64,000 bases of DNA from Terriglobia bacterium (GCA_965218085.1 CBDCKF010000002.1:3336288-3400287), one strand, 5' to 3'; shown: positions 20,705 to 31,802, counted from the stretch's first letter. Made by a program: numbers and translations. The notes: generated from the sequence alone by a model not told the origin.

Positions 20705-22084
20705 TCATTCTTTTCCGGTTTCGACGGCGTACCCGTTCGATATCCAGGCATCGATTCCACCGACAACGTTTGTAACTTCGAAGCCGGAAGCCGCGAGGAG
20801 GCTCGCCGCCGCCGCCGATCTGTAACCGCTCTTGCAGATGACAGCCACCGGCAGGTGTGGGGCCAGCCCCTCCATGCCTTTGACTAAACCGTCAAGCGGC
20901 AGGTTCATTGCATCGGGAATATGTCCTTGGCTGAACTCGGTCGGGCGGCGCACGTCGAGGAGTTGAACGTTTCCGGGGTCGTCAATTCGGGCTTCAAGCT
21001 CATCGGGAGGAATCTGTTCAAGTGTCTCAATAGGGCATCCGGCTTTGTCCCACGCGTAGATCCCTCCGGAGAGGTATCCGCGGACGTTTTCAATTCCCAC
21101 TCTTGCCAGCCTGAGGACTGCCTCTTCGATTTCTTCCTTGTTGTCGGTGACGACGACGATAGGCCGATCGGAGGGGACCAAAGATCCGCACCAGGAAGCG
21201 AATTGCCCGCCGAGAGCGATGTTTATTGCTCCCGGAATATGGGCAGTGCCGAATGCGGCCCCAGATCGAACGTCCAGAAGGAAATCAGAATCCAGGTTCA
21301 GGGCCTCTGGTTCCAGTTGGGACGGCTTGGGGAGTTCGTTGAGGGGGCTCGCCCCAAGGCGGTTGAGTTCGGCGTCGCGTGGAAAGTAGGACGGTGTTTG
21401 AGGCAGTTCTGAGGTCATGATTCGAACAAACTCTTCCTGCGGCATCGATTTCAGCGCGTAATTGAAGCGCCGCTGTTCGCCTATTGTCGATGCGCGGGCC
21501 TGAGAGATGTTTCTTCCGCACATCGATCCCGCTCCGTGAGCCGGGTACACTTCCACGGAGTCGTCGAGCGCCAAGAGCTTTCCGTGAATGCTGTCGTATA
21601 ACATTTCCGCCATCTCCTCGGCCGAGTGCCCTTTGGATCCCACCAGGTCGGGACGACCGACGTCACCGATGAACAGTGTGTCTCCAGTGAGCACTTTCTG
21701 AGGCCGGGATCCAATCTCGGTGTCAATGACCAGAATCGAGATGCTTTCAGGTGTGTGTCCCGGCGTTTCAAGGAAGTGGAGCATTGTTGTGCCAAGCTTG
21801 ATGGAGTCCCCGTCGCCGACCGGTCGGAAGGGAAACGCCGCGTCGCACCTTTGCCCGAAAACGATTGTTGCTCCGGTACGAGCGGCGAGTTCGAGATGAC
21901 CGCTTACGAAATCTGCGTGGAGATGCGTTTCGATGACATATTGAATTTCGAGATCCGCCGTCCGGGCGGCTTCCAAGTAAAGTTCAACATCCCTTTGAGG
22001 GTCGATAACTGCGGCGCTCCCATCGGAGCCGATCAGGTAGGACGCGTGTGCCAGACATCCGAGGTAGAACTGCTCAAAGTACAT
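20705..22084 (-). CDS. Persulfide dioxygenase (MBL fold) fused to two rhodanese domains
   Basis: N-terminal HxHxDH metallo-beta-lactamase motif (ETHLHADFVSGH). C-terminal rhodanese with the Cys loop ICKSGYRSAAAA. Confidence 0.8.
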   Translation of the reverse strand: MYFEQFYLGCLAHASYLIGSDGSAAVIDPQRDVELYLEAARTADLEIQYVIETHLHADFVSGHLELAARTGATIVFGQRCDAAFPFRPVGDGDSIKLGTTMLHFLETPGHTPESISILVIDTEIGSRPQKVLTGDTLFIGDVGRPDLVGSKGHSAEEMAEMLYDSIHGKLLALDDSVEVYPAHGAGSMCGRNISQARASTIGEQRRFNYALKSMPQEEFVRIMTSELPQTPSYFPRDAELNRLGASPLNELPKPSQLEPEALNLDSDFLLDVRSGAAFGTAHIPGAINIALGGQFASWCGSLVPSDRPIVVVTDNKEEIEEAVLRLARVGIENVRGYLSGGIYAWDKAGCPIETLEQIPPDELEARIDDPGNVQLLDVRRPTEFSQGHIPDAMNLPLDGLVKGMEGLAPHLPVAVICKSGYRSAAAASLLAASGFEVTNVVGGIDAWISNGYAVETGKE

Positions 22085-22111
22085 TAGCGGTTTGTAGAAG
22101 GAGTGTTCACG

Positions 22112-22909
22112 TCAGTGCGTCATGGCGTAAACCATGAAATTAATCCCCAGCCGCACACCTGCGGCAGAGGGTCGCAGGGGATAGTATGGCTGGTCCAGCC
22201 ACTCCCAATAGTCTCCGATGTCGTTGTTGAAGCAAATAATCATGGATAAATCAGTTCCATTGGCCCCCGGATAACCGTAGAAGACTGGAGCGTCCGGGAC
22301 GCCCGCATACGCTGTGAGGTCAAGGTCTGTGATTTCGTAGAACGTGTTGAAAATAGGGTGGGCGGCGGTCAGAGGAATCATCTCCCGGTCGGGATAAATA
22401 CGGCCAAGATTCCACTCCCAATTCGACATGTCGAAGCGGCCGTTGAGAATATCATCCACCATGACGAACCCTCCTCGATTCAGGTATTCCCTGAAGTTGT
22501 TGATTTCGGGTTCGGTCATTTGCATCGTTCCGGGTTCGGAAATATATGCGAAGGGGTAGTTGAACAGATCCGGATCGTCCATGTCGACGATTCTGTAAGA
22601 CATGCGGTCTACGTCGATTTCTGTTGTTTCCTGAATCAGCATATTGATGTGTTGCTCAGCTTGGGGGTAATCATGTTCCCAGCCGCTCATATCGTGCCAG
22701 GATCCTGCGAGCGTTGAAAAACGTAATCGTGCGAATACGAATTCAGTAGCCGAGGGTTCGTTTTCGAGGTCCATGAACTCGAAGGGTTGCCTGTTCATAG
22801 AACCGAGCTGCGACCCCAGCAGAGTAATACTTGCCGTCGCCAGGAGAAGCAACAAGACCGTGATGGAGCGCGGGCGAAACATCTGATCATTGTACAGTGT
22901 GGAAGGCAC
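22112..22909 (-). CDS. DUF4159-like secreted/membrane protein (assignment tentative)
   Basis: N-terminal TM segment. Recalled resemblance to DUF4159 (FAYISEPGTM...GGFVMVDD). Confidence 0.4.
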   Translation of the reverse strand: MPSTLYNDQMFRPRSITVLLLLLATASITLLGSQLGSMNRQPFEFMDLENEPSATEFVFARLRFSTLAGSWHDMSGWEHDYPQAEQHINMLIQETTEIDVDRMSYRIVDMDDPDLFNYPFAYISEPGTMQMTEPEINNFREYLNRGGFVMVDDILNGRFDMSNWEWNLGRIYPDREMIPLTAAHPIFNTFYEITDLDLTAYAGVPDAPVFYGYPGANGTDLSMIICFNNDIGDYWEWLDQPYYPLRPSAAGVRLGINFMVYAMTH

Positions 22910-22955
22910 GCTTGGGAACGACCAGAGGGCTGTCGGGAGAGGGTGCCGGAGGTGA

Positions 22956-24353
22956 TCAGCGGTTTTGGACTTCCCTGAACAGAATCTCGACTCTTTCGTT
23001 GAGCACCCTTGTCTCAGTATCGTCGTTTCCGGCGATGGGCCGCGTTGTGCCGAGGCCTTCCGCCTGTAGGCTTTCTTCGGAGATGCCCAGATCGAGGAGA
23101 TAGGCCCTCACGGCCTCGGCTCGTTCTTCAGAGAGCGTGAGGTTTCGTGATGCAGGACCCGAATCCTGGGTATGACCTTCAATCAGAATCTGGGGTGTCT
23201 CCTCGACGCCCAGAATTCCGGCCACGCGGGAAAGGAATTCCCGGCCTTCAGGCTCCAGGGTGTCGCTATTCGATTCGAAATAGGCGGCAGGCAAGACGAG
23301 GGTCAATCCCCTCGTGGTTTCACGGGCTCCCACGCCGAACATCAAAGCGTTCCGAAGGGGTGGCCACGGATCACCCAGACGCGCTACTTCGCTTTCCAGC
23401 GAACGAATACCTCGGGTGGCTTCTTCAACCTCAAGTTCCAATGAGCGGTTTTCGCTCCGTGCTGTTTGGAGTGAGAGCCTCAACTCGCTCAGACGCTGTT
23501 CGGATTCATCTTGCCTTTGATCCAGACGCTGAAGTTCCTGCTCCAGTTGCCGGTTCTGTTGTTCGAGTAATTCGGCGCGCCGCGTCTCTTCAGTGAGTTC
23601 ATTCCGAATCGCTTGCGAGCGAGCCGTGCGTGCGGCCAGGGCCGACAGGCGAATCGAGTCATTCACGTAAGGCAGAATCACGTCCATAGGCATATTGCGA
23701 CGTAGCAGTTCCTCTATCGATTCCAATGCGACACGTGCCTTTCTGAGTTCGGGTTCTGCGAGTTCGGTCGCACCCGCCGACTCGGCAACCCGGTAGGCCA
23801 TCCGGGCCTCGGTGACTCGGGCCGGCAGGCTGCCTTGTGGCGGAAGGGAGATCGTGGAGTAGTCATGGGTGCCGACTGCTATCGTGAAAGGCTCAACCCG
23901 GATATCTTCGTCTCGGGGTGGTCCGCTACGGAACCCGACGCTTCGATTGGGAACGTCAACCATGAAATGGGGTTCGGCCGTCACGATGATTGCGAAGCGC
24001 TGCAGGGCAGTGGTGGTTTCGAGTTCTGCCTGACGGCCATCCACCTCCAGCTCGCCCAGGTTTTCGAATTCACCCTCAGGCGATACGGCCCACACGACGT
24101 AGGCGCGCAGGCTTGGGTCGAGGCTTGAGACTGAGTCAATGCGATCAATCTCGACCTTGACCCGGCTCAAAGTGCTTTCTCTCCGAACCTCCACCTGACC
24201 ATTCGGCGATAACGGCACATCCACGTCAGATCGGGATGGAAATGTAACGAGGCTCAGGTCGACAGGTTCGGATTGGGCGGACGCGAGAAGAAAACTGATC
24301 ACAACAGTGGACAGCATTCGCCTATTGAACAACTGAACATGCTGTAATTTCAA
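22956..24353 (-). CDS. OmpA/MotB-domain protein with long coiled-coil region
   Basis: Signal peptide, a Q/E/R-rich coiled coil, and C-terminal OmpA-like peptidoglycan-binding motif (TLSEERAEAVRAYL). Confidence 0.7.
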   Translation of the reverse strand: MKLQHVQLFNRRMLSTVVISFLLASAQSEPVDLSLVTFPSRSDVDVPLSPNGQVEVRRESTLSRVKVEIDRIDSVSSLDPSLRAYVVWAVSPEGEFENLGELEVDGRQAELETTTALQRFAIIVTAEPHFMVDVPNRSVGFRSGPPRDEDIRVEPFTIAVGTHDYSTISLPPQGSLPARVTEARMAYRVAESAGATELAEPELRKARVALESIEELLRRNMPMDVILPYVNDSIRLSALAARTARSQAIRNELTEETRRAELLEQQNRQLEQELQRLDQRQDESEQRLSELRLSLQTARSENRSLELEVEEATRGIRSLESEVARLGDPWPPLRNALMFGVGARETTRGLTLVLPAAYFESNSDTLEPEGREFLSRVAGILGVEETPQILIEGHTQDSGPASRNLTLSEERAEAVRAYLLDLGISEESLQAEGLGTTRPIAGNDDTETRVLNERVEILFREVQNR

Positions 24354-24689
24354 CTAGTTTCCCGACTCTGGCACTTGCTTTTACGCCCGTTCAGCGGGAC
24401 CGATCCGGCAGATTCAGAGATCCGCCAAGCCGGCGAGCTGATTCGGGATCGATCCGGATCGGCTTGTTTCAATGTTAAGTGACTGATAAAACAATGGTTA
24501 AATTCTTTTGAGCGTTGATTCGCTGGACTGCCTGAATGGAAAAATGTATCCTGATACCGCCTCGCCCGTCCGGCACCCTTTGTTGAAGCAATTGTATCAA
24601 TCGGATTTGGTCAGATTGCTCGACCATTGGTGTTTGCGGGTCAACGTATGCGAAACGGCCTCGGTGCCGTTTCGGACAAGGAGCAGCCG

Positions 24690-25121
24690 ATGAACCTTCT
24701 AAAAATTGGTAAAGAACCGGTAGCGATCAAGTCTTCGGTGACGGTGATGGAAGCGTTGCGCGAAATGGAAAAGGCGAAGGTAGGTGCCGTCCTGATTATT
24801 GACGGTGATCAGCTGAAGGGAGTATTCACCGAGCGAGACCTTATGATGCGTGTCGTGCTGCAAGACAAGAAACCCGAGTCGACCCTGGTGACCGATGTTA
24901 TGACTTCTCCTGTTCTCACGATTACAAAGGATGGGGAACCCGATGACGTTTTGAAGCTGATGCAGGAAAAACACATCCGACACCTTCCGCTCGTCAACGG
25001 TGAGGGAGATGTCGAAGGTATGATCTCAATCCGGCACCTCTTGACTGAAAAGGTCGAGCACCTGACTCAGGAACTGGATTCGCTTGAAGCCTATATCTCT
25101 GCGGATGGGATCGGCGGTTAG
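24690..25121 (+). CDS. CBS-domain pair protein
   Basis: Two CBS motifs (VTVMEALREM...GAVLIID, VTDVMTSPVLTITKD...HIRHLPLV). A hairpin CGAAACGGC-n7-GCCGTTTCG sits just upstream of the RBS. Confidence 0.75.
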   Translation: MNLLKIGKEPVAIKSSVTVMEALREMEKAKVGAVLIIDGDQLKGVFTERDLMMRVVLQDKKPESTLVTDVMTSPVLTITKDGEPDDVLKLMQEKHIRHLPLVNGEGDVEGMISIRHLLTEKVEHLTQELDSLEAYISADGIGG

Positions 25122-25319
25122 TGTGTCCGAAAAATACTGCCATCTGGATTCACAGTCATGCCTCTGGCCTCGAAGGGAAGTATCGCTCACGCCGGAGTCT
25201 GCTCGCCTGCATCTTGAATAGATAGGACTCCCACAAATCCCAATGTTCCTGCCGGTTTCAGGACAACCGCTCTGGTGTGACTAGATATCAGAAGCTGGCG
25301 TTCCCCTCATAGGCCTCAT

Positions 25320-26660
25320 ATGGCAATCCCGAATGCGACTGCTCCGCCTCCCCAAGGCAAGAATCTCCTGGAACAGTTTCTTTCTCTCTTCAGCGTGGTC
25401 AAGGGCGGTGAGGGCGGCAGCGCGATTCTGCTCACCCTCAATGTTTTCCTGCTCCTGGGTGCTTATTACTTCCTAAAAATCGTTCGGGATACCTTGATTA
25501 TCGACGAGTCGGGTGCGGCCGCAGCCAGCTACTCGGCGGCAGGGCAGGCATTGCTCTTGCTGCTCGTCGTGCCCGCCTATGGATTGCTGGCTTCCAAAGT
25601 GAACCGCATCCGTCTGGTGTCCTGGGCGACCTTGTTCTTTGTTTCACACCTGGTTATTTTCTTTCTCCTTGGGAGTGCGGGATATCGGATCGGCATTCCG
25701 TTCTACCTCTGGTTGGGCATTTTCAATATTTTCGTAGTGGCTCAGTTCTGGGCTTTTGCGAACGATATCTATTCCGAAGAGCAGGGTAAGCGCTTGTTTC
25801 CGATCATCGCCGTCGGTGCCTCGCTCGGTGCGTGGGTCGGTTCGACGGTGATCGAACAGACTTTCGAGACTCTGGGGGCGTACTTGCCGATGGTGATTGG
25901 AGCCGGCTTGCTGATCATCTGCGTCTTGATCACCCAATGGGTCAACCGTCGCGAAACCGTACGTGGCGGGGCCGCCGAGGCGGAAAAGGCACAACAGCCT
26001 CTGGGCAAGGAGGGCGGTTTCCAACTCGTAATGGGTAGCCGCTACCTGATGTCCATCGCCGTCTTGATTCTCTTGCTGAACGTGGTGAATAGCACCGGAG
26101 GATATCTATTGAACAGCCTGGTGGAGTCGGCGTCAGATGCTCAGGTTGCGGCAGGAACTATCGCGATTGGGGCAGAACGCCAAGCCTTTATCGGGGAGTA
26201 TCTCGCAGGCGTTTATGCCTGGGTCAACTTACTGGGCCTGTTGATCCAGATGTTTCTCGTTTCCAGAATATTCCGATTGATCGGGGTTCGCGGAGCCTTG
26301 TTCGTTCTACCGTGCATTGCCATCGGTGGCTATGGCTTGCTGATGGCATTACCGATGTTGCAGATCGTAAGGATCGTAAAGATCGCCGAGAACAGCACCG
26401 ACTATTCGCTGATGAACACCATTCGCGCCGCTCTGTATTTACCCACCAGCCGCGAAGTCAAATATAAGGCGAAGCAGGTTATAGACACTTTCTTCGTTCG
26501 TTTGGGCGATATGCTTCAGGCGGGCGTCGTCTTCGTTGGAATTCAGCTGGGATTCGGCATCCGCAACTTTGCGATAGCAAACACCATTTTCTGCCTCATG
26601 TGGCTGGTTGCAGCAGTATCAATATTCCGCGAGCACAAACGGATCACTAAAGAGTCCTGA
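25320..26660 (+). CDS. TLC/AAA-family (ATP:ADP antiporter-like) membrane carrier
   Basis: About 12 TM segments. The N-terminal motif YYFLKIVRDTLII resembles the TLC-family signature (Y..LRDTKDTLVV). Confidence 0.6.
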   Translation: MAIPNATAPPPQGKNLLEQFLSLFSVVKGGEGGSAILLTLNVFLLLGAYYFLKIVRDTLIIDESGAAAASYSAAGQALLLLLVVPAYGLLASKVNRIRLVSWATLFFVSHLVIFFLLGSAGYRIGIPFYLWLGIFNIFVVAQFWAFANDIYSEEQGKRLFPIIAVGASLGAWVGSTVIEQTFETLGAYLPMVIGAGLLIICVLITQWVNRRETVRGGAAEAEKAQQPLGKEGGFQLVMGSRYLMSIAVLILLLNVVNSTGGYLLNSLVESASDAQVAAGTIAIGAERQAFIGEYLAGVYAWVNLLGLLIQMFLVSRIFRLIGVRGALFVLPCIAIGGYGLLMALPMLQIVRIVKIAENSTDYSLMNTIRAALYLPTSREVKYKAKQVIDTFFVRLGDMLQAGVVFVGIQLGFGIRNFAIANTIFCLMWLVAAVSIFREHKRITKES

Positions 26661-26742
26661 AATCGTTTCCACGACGGTCGTTGACTGCATTATCCTCAGC
26701 GGCTAAAGTGCCTCAGACCTTTTACTTTCGACGGAGGTATGA

Positions 26743-28419
26743 ATGGCCCTGTACGCCTTGGCAGCCCTTGTTCCCGTTCTGGCTGTGATGTTTTTTCTGG
26801 TGGTTCTGCGTTGGCCGGCGACGAAAGCGATGCCTGTTGCCTATGTGTTGACAGTTGCGGTGGCGTTATGGGTCTGGGGTGTGCCGGTGCTCCATGTAGT
26901 CGGGGCGACGCTTAGGGGCGGCATGATCGCTCTCACGCTTCTCTGGATTATCTTCGGCGCAATCTTGCTGCTTTTCACCTTGCGAGAGAGCGGTGCGGTC
27001 ACGACGATCCGACGGGGATTCATGGGCGTGTCGAAAGACCGTCGCGTCCAGCTCATCATCGTGGCATGGCTATTCGGTTCCTTCATCGAAGGGGCCGCCG
27101 GCTTTGGCACTCCGGCTGCAGTGGCGTCGCCGCTGCTGCTCGCCCTGGGCTTTCCTGCATTGGCTGCGGTCATGGCCACGCTAATCATACAGAGTACGCC
27201 CGTCAGCTTCGGCGCGGTGGGTACTCCGATCATGGTGGGAATGGGGCAGTCCCTCAACGTTCCCCTGGTCGAGGATGCGCTTGCGGGGCAGGGTATCGAG
27301 TACGCCGATTTTCTCTATCGCGTGGGCGTGTTTACCGCGATTCCCCATGCGGTCGCGGGCATGTTCATTCCTCTCATCATAGTTTGTATGACAACGCGAT
27401 TTTTCGGTCAGAACAGATCGTTTCGAGAGGGCTTGGCTGCCTGGAAGTTTTCCCTGTTCGCCGGCCTGAGCTTTGTCGTTCCCTACACTCTGGTTGCGAT
27501 TCTGCTGGGCCCGGAGTTCCCGAGCCTGCTCGGCGCTTTGATTGGCCTGGCGATCGTGGTAAGCGGTGCCCGGGCCGGTTTGTTTCTACCGAAAGGAGAG
27601 CCGTGGGACTTTCCTCCCAAAAGTCAGTGGGAGGCGAGTTGGATCGGCAACATTGTTGCCGACGCGGGAGAGGAGCGCCGTCACATGACGCTTTTCCTGG
27701 CCTGGGTGCCCTATTTGCTGGTGGCCGCTTTGCTCGTGTTGACGCGCCTGCCGTTCCTGCCGCTGCAGGGTTACCTGAGTTCGCTTAGCTGGACCTGGTC
27801 GAACATTGTCGGGACCACCTTGTCTCAGAGCGTCGAACCGCTCTACTCTCCGGGCACGATTTTTATCCTGGTGGCTCTAGCGACAATAGTGATTCACAAA
27901 ATGACGCGAAAAGAGGCGCGCTTTGCCTGCAGCGACGCGGCTCACAAGCTGGCCGGTCCTGCTCTGGCTCTGATCTTTGCAGTGGGTCTGGTTCGCGTGT
28001 TTATCGATTCCAACACGAACATATCGGGGTTGGAGAGTATGCCCCTTGTACTTGCCGAATACGTCGCTGGAATCGCACAGGGTACCTGGCCTTTCTTTGC
28101 GCCCATGATTGGTGCGATGGGTGCATTCGTTGCGGGAAGTAATACAGTCAGTGATCTGATGTTTGCTCTCTTTCAGTACGGCGTGGCGGACAATATCGGG
28201 ACTTCGCGCATTGTGATCCTAGGCCTCCAGGCTGTCGGCGGCGCCGCAGGCAATATGATCTGTGTACACAATGTCGTTGCCGCCAGTGCGACGGTGGGGT
28301 TGGCAGGGAAGGAAGGGGCCTTGATTCGCAGGACGATTCTTCCGATGACCTTCTATGTTGTGGTCGCGGGTACGCTGGGTCTTCTCTTCTCCTATGTTTT
28401 GTTCCCGAATATGTTCTAA
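26743..28419 (+). CDS. lctP: L-lactate permease (LctP family)
   Basis: 558 aa polytopic membrane protein with the [14 protein letters not shown] motif characteristic of LctP. Confidence 0.8.
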   Translation: MALYALAALVPVLAVMFFLVVLRWPATKAMPVAYVLTVAVALWVWGVPVLHVVGATLRGGMIALTLLWIIFGAILLLFTLRESGAVTTIRRGFMGVSKDRRVQLIIVAWLFGSFIEGAAGFGTPAAVASPLLLALGFPALAAVMATLIIQSTPVSFGAVGTPIMVGMGQSLNVPLVEDALAGQGIEYADFLYRVGVFTAIPHAVAGMFIPLIIVCMTTRFFGQNRSFREGLAAWKFSLFAGLSFVVPYTLVAILLGPEFPSLLGALIGLAIVVSGARAGLFLPKGEPWDFPPKSQWEASWIGNIVADAGEERRHMTLFLAWVPYLLVAALLVLTRLPFLPLQGYLSSLSWTWSNIVGTTLSQSVEPLYSPGTIFILVALATIVIHKMTRKEARFACSDAAHKLAGPALALIFAVGLVRVFIDSNTNISGLESMPLVLAEYVAGIAQGTWPFFAPMIGAMGAFVAGSNTVSDLMFALFQYGVADNIGTSRIVILGLQAVGGAAGNMICVHNVVAASATVGLAGKEGALIRRTILPMTFYVVVAGTLGLLFSYVLFPNMF

Positions 28420-28428
28420 GCCTGCACT

Positions 28429-28764
28429 TTAGTGCATCTTCGCCTGGGCCTCCAGGTGCATCTTTTTGATCTGGCGCTTCAAGGCACGCGCTTTCCGACG
28501 CACTTCTTTCAACCCTTTGTGGTCGTGGGTTTCGATTAACTTGCCGCGTTGGGATTTGAGTGCGTGAATCTGGCGTTTGAGTTCGCTCTTTGTTTGGACA
28601 GCCTGATCGGCGAGCTCTTCGTGAGGTTTTTCCAGACCCAGCACTCCGGCCAGTTCTTCGATCAACTGGGCCTTGTTCTTACCACTGACTGATGTGAGTC
28701 CTTTCTCGTGGGCTTCTTCACGAAGCTTGACGACGGTCATTCGTTCCAGATCATCCCATTCCAT
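28429..28764 (-). CDS. Small protein with Rho-N-terminal-like domain and a basic tail
   Basis: MTVVKLREEAHEKGLTSVSGKNKAQLIEEL resembles the Rho_N helical domain. The C-terminus is Lys/Arg-rich. Confidence 0.5.
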   Translation of the reverse strand: MEWDDLERMTVVKLREEAHEKGLTSVSGKNKAQLIEELAGVLGLEKPHEELADQAVQTKSELKRQIHALKSQRGKLIETHDHKGLKEVRRKARALKRQIKKMHLEAQAKMH

Positions 28765-28788
28765 ACGGACACCTCTCTCCCTGAACGA

Positions 28789-29065
28789 TTAGTGGCCTGT
28801 AACAGAGGTATTGATAGCAGCGTTCGGAGCGCAACGGGATCGAATGCAAGGCGCGCCGCCCGAGGCAATGCTCTTTCATTCCGAGAAGGTGCAACGACGC
28901 AGACGGTCCCGTTGGGCCCGAACCCTTTGGGCCGATGGGGGTTGCCGGCGATCTCGTCGTTGCGAGCCGTCATCGATGTCAGAGCATCGATTTCCGTCTC
29001 GCGCCTCGAGCTCACCGGCAAGACCCATCGGCGCTGCTGTCAATACCTCTGTTACAGGCCACTAG
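28789..29065 (+). repeat. Structured MITE-like repeat, copy B
   Basis: 33-bp perfect terminal inverted repeat (TAGTGGCCTGTAACAGAGGTATTGATAGCAGCG...). Shares the ~140-bp conserved core with copies A and C. Confidence 0.8.
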
Positions 29066-29251
29066 GTTGATAAAATCCGAACCATGCGGATCGCCAAAGC
29101 TTATACAACGGGATGTCGTTGGGTCAAATGTCGGGAAGATCATCGGTCAGGAACATCCTGCCGTGCTTGACCTGCGCTGACTTTCATCCAGTCAATCGTT
29201 ACAATTGAAGGGACTTGTCGTCCAGAAAGATGACCCGGAGCGAATAAGCGC

Positions 29252-29506
29252 ATGTCGAAGGCTGTGGAGAACCGTACGGTTGCAATTACCGAACATCGAT
29301 TCGAGAAAGAACTAATGTCGTTGATCGAGCCCCACGGCGCAAACGTTATCTCGTGTCCGTTATTAGAAGAGCGACCCGTTGAGAACCGCTCTGAGTTGCG
29401 AGCCTTCATCAGCCGTGGAATCGTCGAGCGGATTCTGCTTGCGTCGCCGAAGATGGCTCCACTCGCAGACGCGATAGCGGCCGATTTCGAACGGGCAGAC
29501 AGATGA
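29252..29506 (+). CDS. Uroporphyrinogen-III synthase (HemD)-like N-terminal fragment, 84 aa
   Basis: VAITEHRFEKELMSLIEPHGANVISCPLLEERPVE resembles the HemD N-terminus (VTRP...L...G..V...PLIEI.P). Its stop overlaps the cysG start (ATGA). Confidence 0.35.
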   Translation: MSKAVENRTVAITEHRFEKELMSLIEPHGANVISCPLLEERPVENRSELRAFISRGIVERILLASPKMAPLADAIAADFERADR

Positions 29507-30933
29507 AGTACTTCCCGATTTCACTGAGTGTAAAAGACCGGCGCGTGACGGTGATCGGCGGCGGCCATGTTGCCGAGGAACGGGTTCAGGCCCTCCTGGA
29601 GTGTAATGCGCGTGTGAGGGTAATCAGCCCTGAAGTGACGGAAACCCTTGAATCCCTCTCCGCTGCCGGCAAGATAGAATTGCATTTGCGCACCTATGAG
29701 TCTGGAGATCTCGCCGGCTCATGGGCGGTGCTGACAGCAACCGATGATCCAAGTGTCAACGAAGCCGCCTGGGGTGAATCGCGTGAGGGGAGAATCCCCA
29801 TCAATGTTACCGACGACCCGTCAAAATGCGATTTCATCATGCCCGCGCTTCTGCGGCGTGGAGATTTGACGATAGCGATTTCAACCGGGGGGGCGAGTCC
29901 GGCTTTAGCGGCCCGATTACGGCGACGCCTGTCGGCGATCGTGGGACCTGAATACGGGCGGCTTCTTGAGGTGCTGGGCAGGGTTCGATCACGCTTGAAA
30001 GACTCTGTGGCTGATGCTGACGAACGCAGGCGATTGCACTACCGGATTGTGGATTCGAACATCCTGCACCAGATCCTTGAATTGGACGTCGAGACCGTCG
30101 AATCCCGCATTGACTCAATCATCCGGGATGCGTCGACGGGTGTATCTCAGGCTTTAGGGTACGTGTATATCGTTGGCGCGGGACCCGGGGACCCCGGCCT
30201 GATCACATCACGTGGGCTGGACGCGCTTCGCATGGCTGATGTGGTCTTGCACGATCGCCTTATTGATATACGCCTGCTGGAGGAAGCACGTCCGGGAGCC
30301 GAGGTAATCGATGTCGGAAAGCGCGTGGGGGACCGCTCCCGAATGCAGGACTTTATTCAAGAAACATTGGTTGATCGGGCAAAGCGTGGCCAGACGGTCT
30401 GCCGCCTGAAAGGGGGCGATCCTTTCGTGTTCGGGCGGGGCGGTGAAGAAGCCCGCGCGCTGACGGAAGCGGACATTCCATTCGAAATCATTCCCGGCGT
30501 AACCAGCGCAATCGCTGCACCGGCGTCCGCCGGAATACCGGTCACCCACCGTGACACCGCCCATTCGTTCATGGTAATGACAGGTTCGCGAGCCGACGAC
30601 GCGAGTCCGGATGAGTGGGCCGGAGCCAGGAGTGTGATTGCCGGAGGCGGCACTGTCGTGGTGCTGATGGGCCTGTCGCGATTGACTGGCATCATTCGTC
30701 GGTTGAGCAAGGCCGGCTGTGGAGGGGAGACACCGGCCGCCGTGATATCCCGGGGAACATGGATTGAACAGGATGTTCGTGTAGGGACTTTGGAGAACAT
30801 TGAATCTCTATCGAAGGGAATCGTATCGCCCGCAGTAATCGTATTCGGAGTGACTGTCGGAGAGAGGGACCGGCTTGCCCAGATCCGTGCGGCGATGGCG
30901 GGGAAAAAGAATGAGCGTGATGGAACCTGCTAG
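29503..30933 (+). CDS. cysG: Siroheme synthase (precorrin-2 dehydrogenase/ferrochelatase + uroporphyrinogen-III C-methyltransferase)
   Basis: N-terminal VIGGGHVAEERV Rossmann fold. C-terminal VYIVGAGPGDPGLIT...GGDPFVFGRGGEE methyltransferase motifs. Confidence 0.9.
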   Translation: MKYFPISLSVKDRRVTVIGGGHVAEERVQALLECNARVRVISPEVTETLESLSAAGKIELHLRTYESGDLAGSWAVLTATDDPSVNEAAWGESREGRIPINVTDDPSKCDFIMPALLRRGDLTIAISTGGASPALAARLRRRLSAIVGPEYGRLLEVLGRVRSRLKDSVADADERRRLHYRIVDSNILHQILELDVETVESRIDSIIRDASTGVSQALGYVYIVGAGPGDPGLITSRGLDALRMADVVLHDRLIDIRLLEEARPGAEVIDVGKRVGDRSRMQDFIQETLVDRAKRGQTVCRLKGGDPFVFGRGGEEARALTEADIPFEIIPGVTSAIAAPASAGIPVTHRDTAHSFMVMTGSRADDASPDEWAGARSVIAGGGTVVVLMGLSRLTGIIRRLSKAGCGGETPAAVISRGTWIEQDVRVGTLENIESLSKGIVSPAVIVFGVTVGERDRLAQIRAAMAGKKNERDGTC

Positions 30934-31206
30934 TGGCCTGTAACACCCGAATCGGGAGCAGCGTTCGGGCCAAACGGCGTTGGATTTTAGGAGTCGGCAA
31001 CGAGAAAATGGCCCTACATTGCGAGGCGGCGACGACAACGAGGACAATGCCGTTTCGCCCGAACCCTTTGGGCCGATGGGGGTTGCCGACGATATCTTTG
31101 TTGCGAGCCGTCGTCGATGTGAAGACATCGACTTCCGTCTCGCGCCTCGATCTCCCCGGCAAGACCCATCGGCGCTGCTCCCGATTCGGGTGGTACAGGT
31201 CACTAG
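30932..31206 (+). repeat. Structured MITE-like repeat, copy C (its CTAG overlaps the cysG stop TAG)
   Basis: 34-bp terminal inverted repeat CTAGTGGCCTGTAACACCCGAATCGGGAGCAGCG / complement. Nested internal stems. Confidence 0.8.
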
Positions 31207-31482
31207 TGTGTGCGGCGAGACATTTGCGAGATAGGATTTCGCTCGGTCGTTCATTCAGACGTCCTGTCTGAACGACCGGCGAGCCTCGCCATCATCATGA
31301 CGGCGAGGTCTATTGGGAAAGACGAAATATTGGATTGTGGCCTTGAAGGACTCGCACCGGTCCGATGGTGCGGGTGAACGGCTTACAGAATAAAGAGGCG
31401 GAGCCGAGGCGTTTAGAGTAATAAAGAAGATCCGATCAGTTCGGAACGAAACTGTTAAGCACCGAACTGCCAATGCGGGATA

Positions 31483-31764
31483 TTAGATCCGTCCTCCGGA
31501 AATAGCAGGGATAATCGAGACTTCCGCTCCAGCCGGAACCTTGGTCTGTAAATCATCCAGGAAGCGCACGTCTTCTCCATCGACGTAAACATTGAAGAAG
31601 CGCCGCAACTCCCCGTTATCCTCACAGAGCCGGGATTTCAGGCCCGGATACTTCTGGTCCAACTCATTCAGGATCTCTGAAATAGTGTCGGCCTGGACGT
31701 CAATTTCGGCGTCTTCTGCAGTGAATCGCCGAAGAGGTGTAGGAATGGTGACTCGAGTCGTCAT
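31483..31764 (-). CDS. MoaD/ThiS-family sulfur-carrier-like protein ending ...SGGRI
   Basis: 93 aa ubiquitin-like fold pattern with C-terminal AEVSIIPAISGG followed by two extra residues (RI). Confidence 0.7.
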   Translation of the reverse strand: MTTRVTIPTPLRRFTAEDAEIDVQADTISEILNELDQKYPGLKSRLCEDNGELRRFFNVYVDGEDVRFLDDLQTKVPAGAEVSIIPAISGGRI

Positions 31765-31802
31765 CGAATGCCTCCGATATGGGTAGTACAGGTCACGGGC
31801 TG

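Noticed and set aside
8547-31206. Retron msr/msd or other RT-associated ncRNA explanation for the structured repeats
   Set aside because: The only RT in the window is a group II intron maturase-type protein >20 kb away, and the repeats occur in both orientations as dispersed copies.
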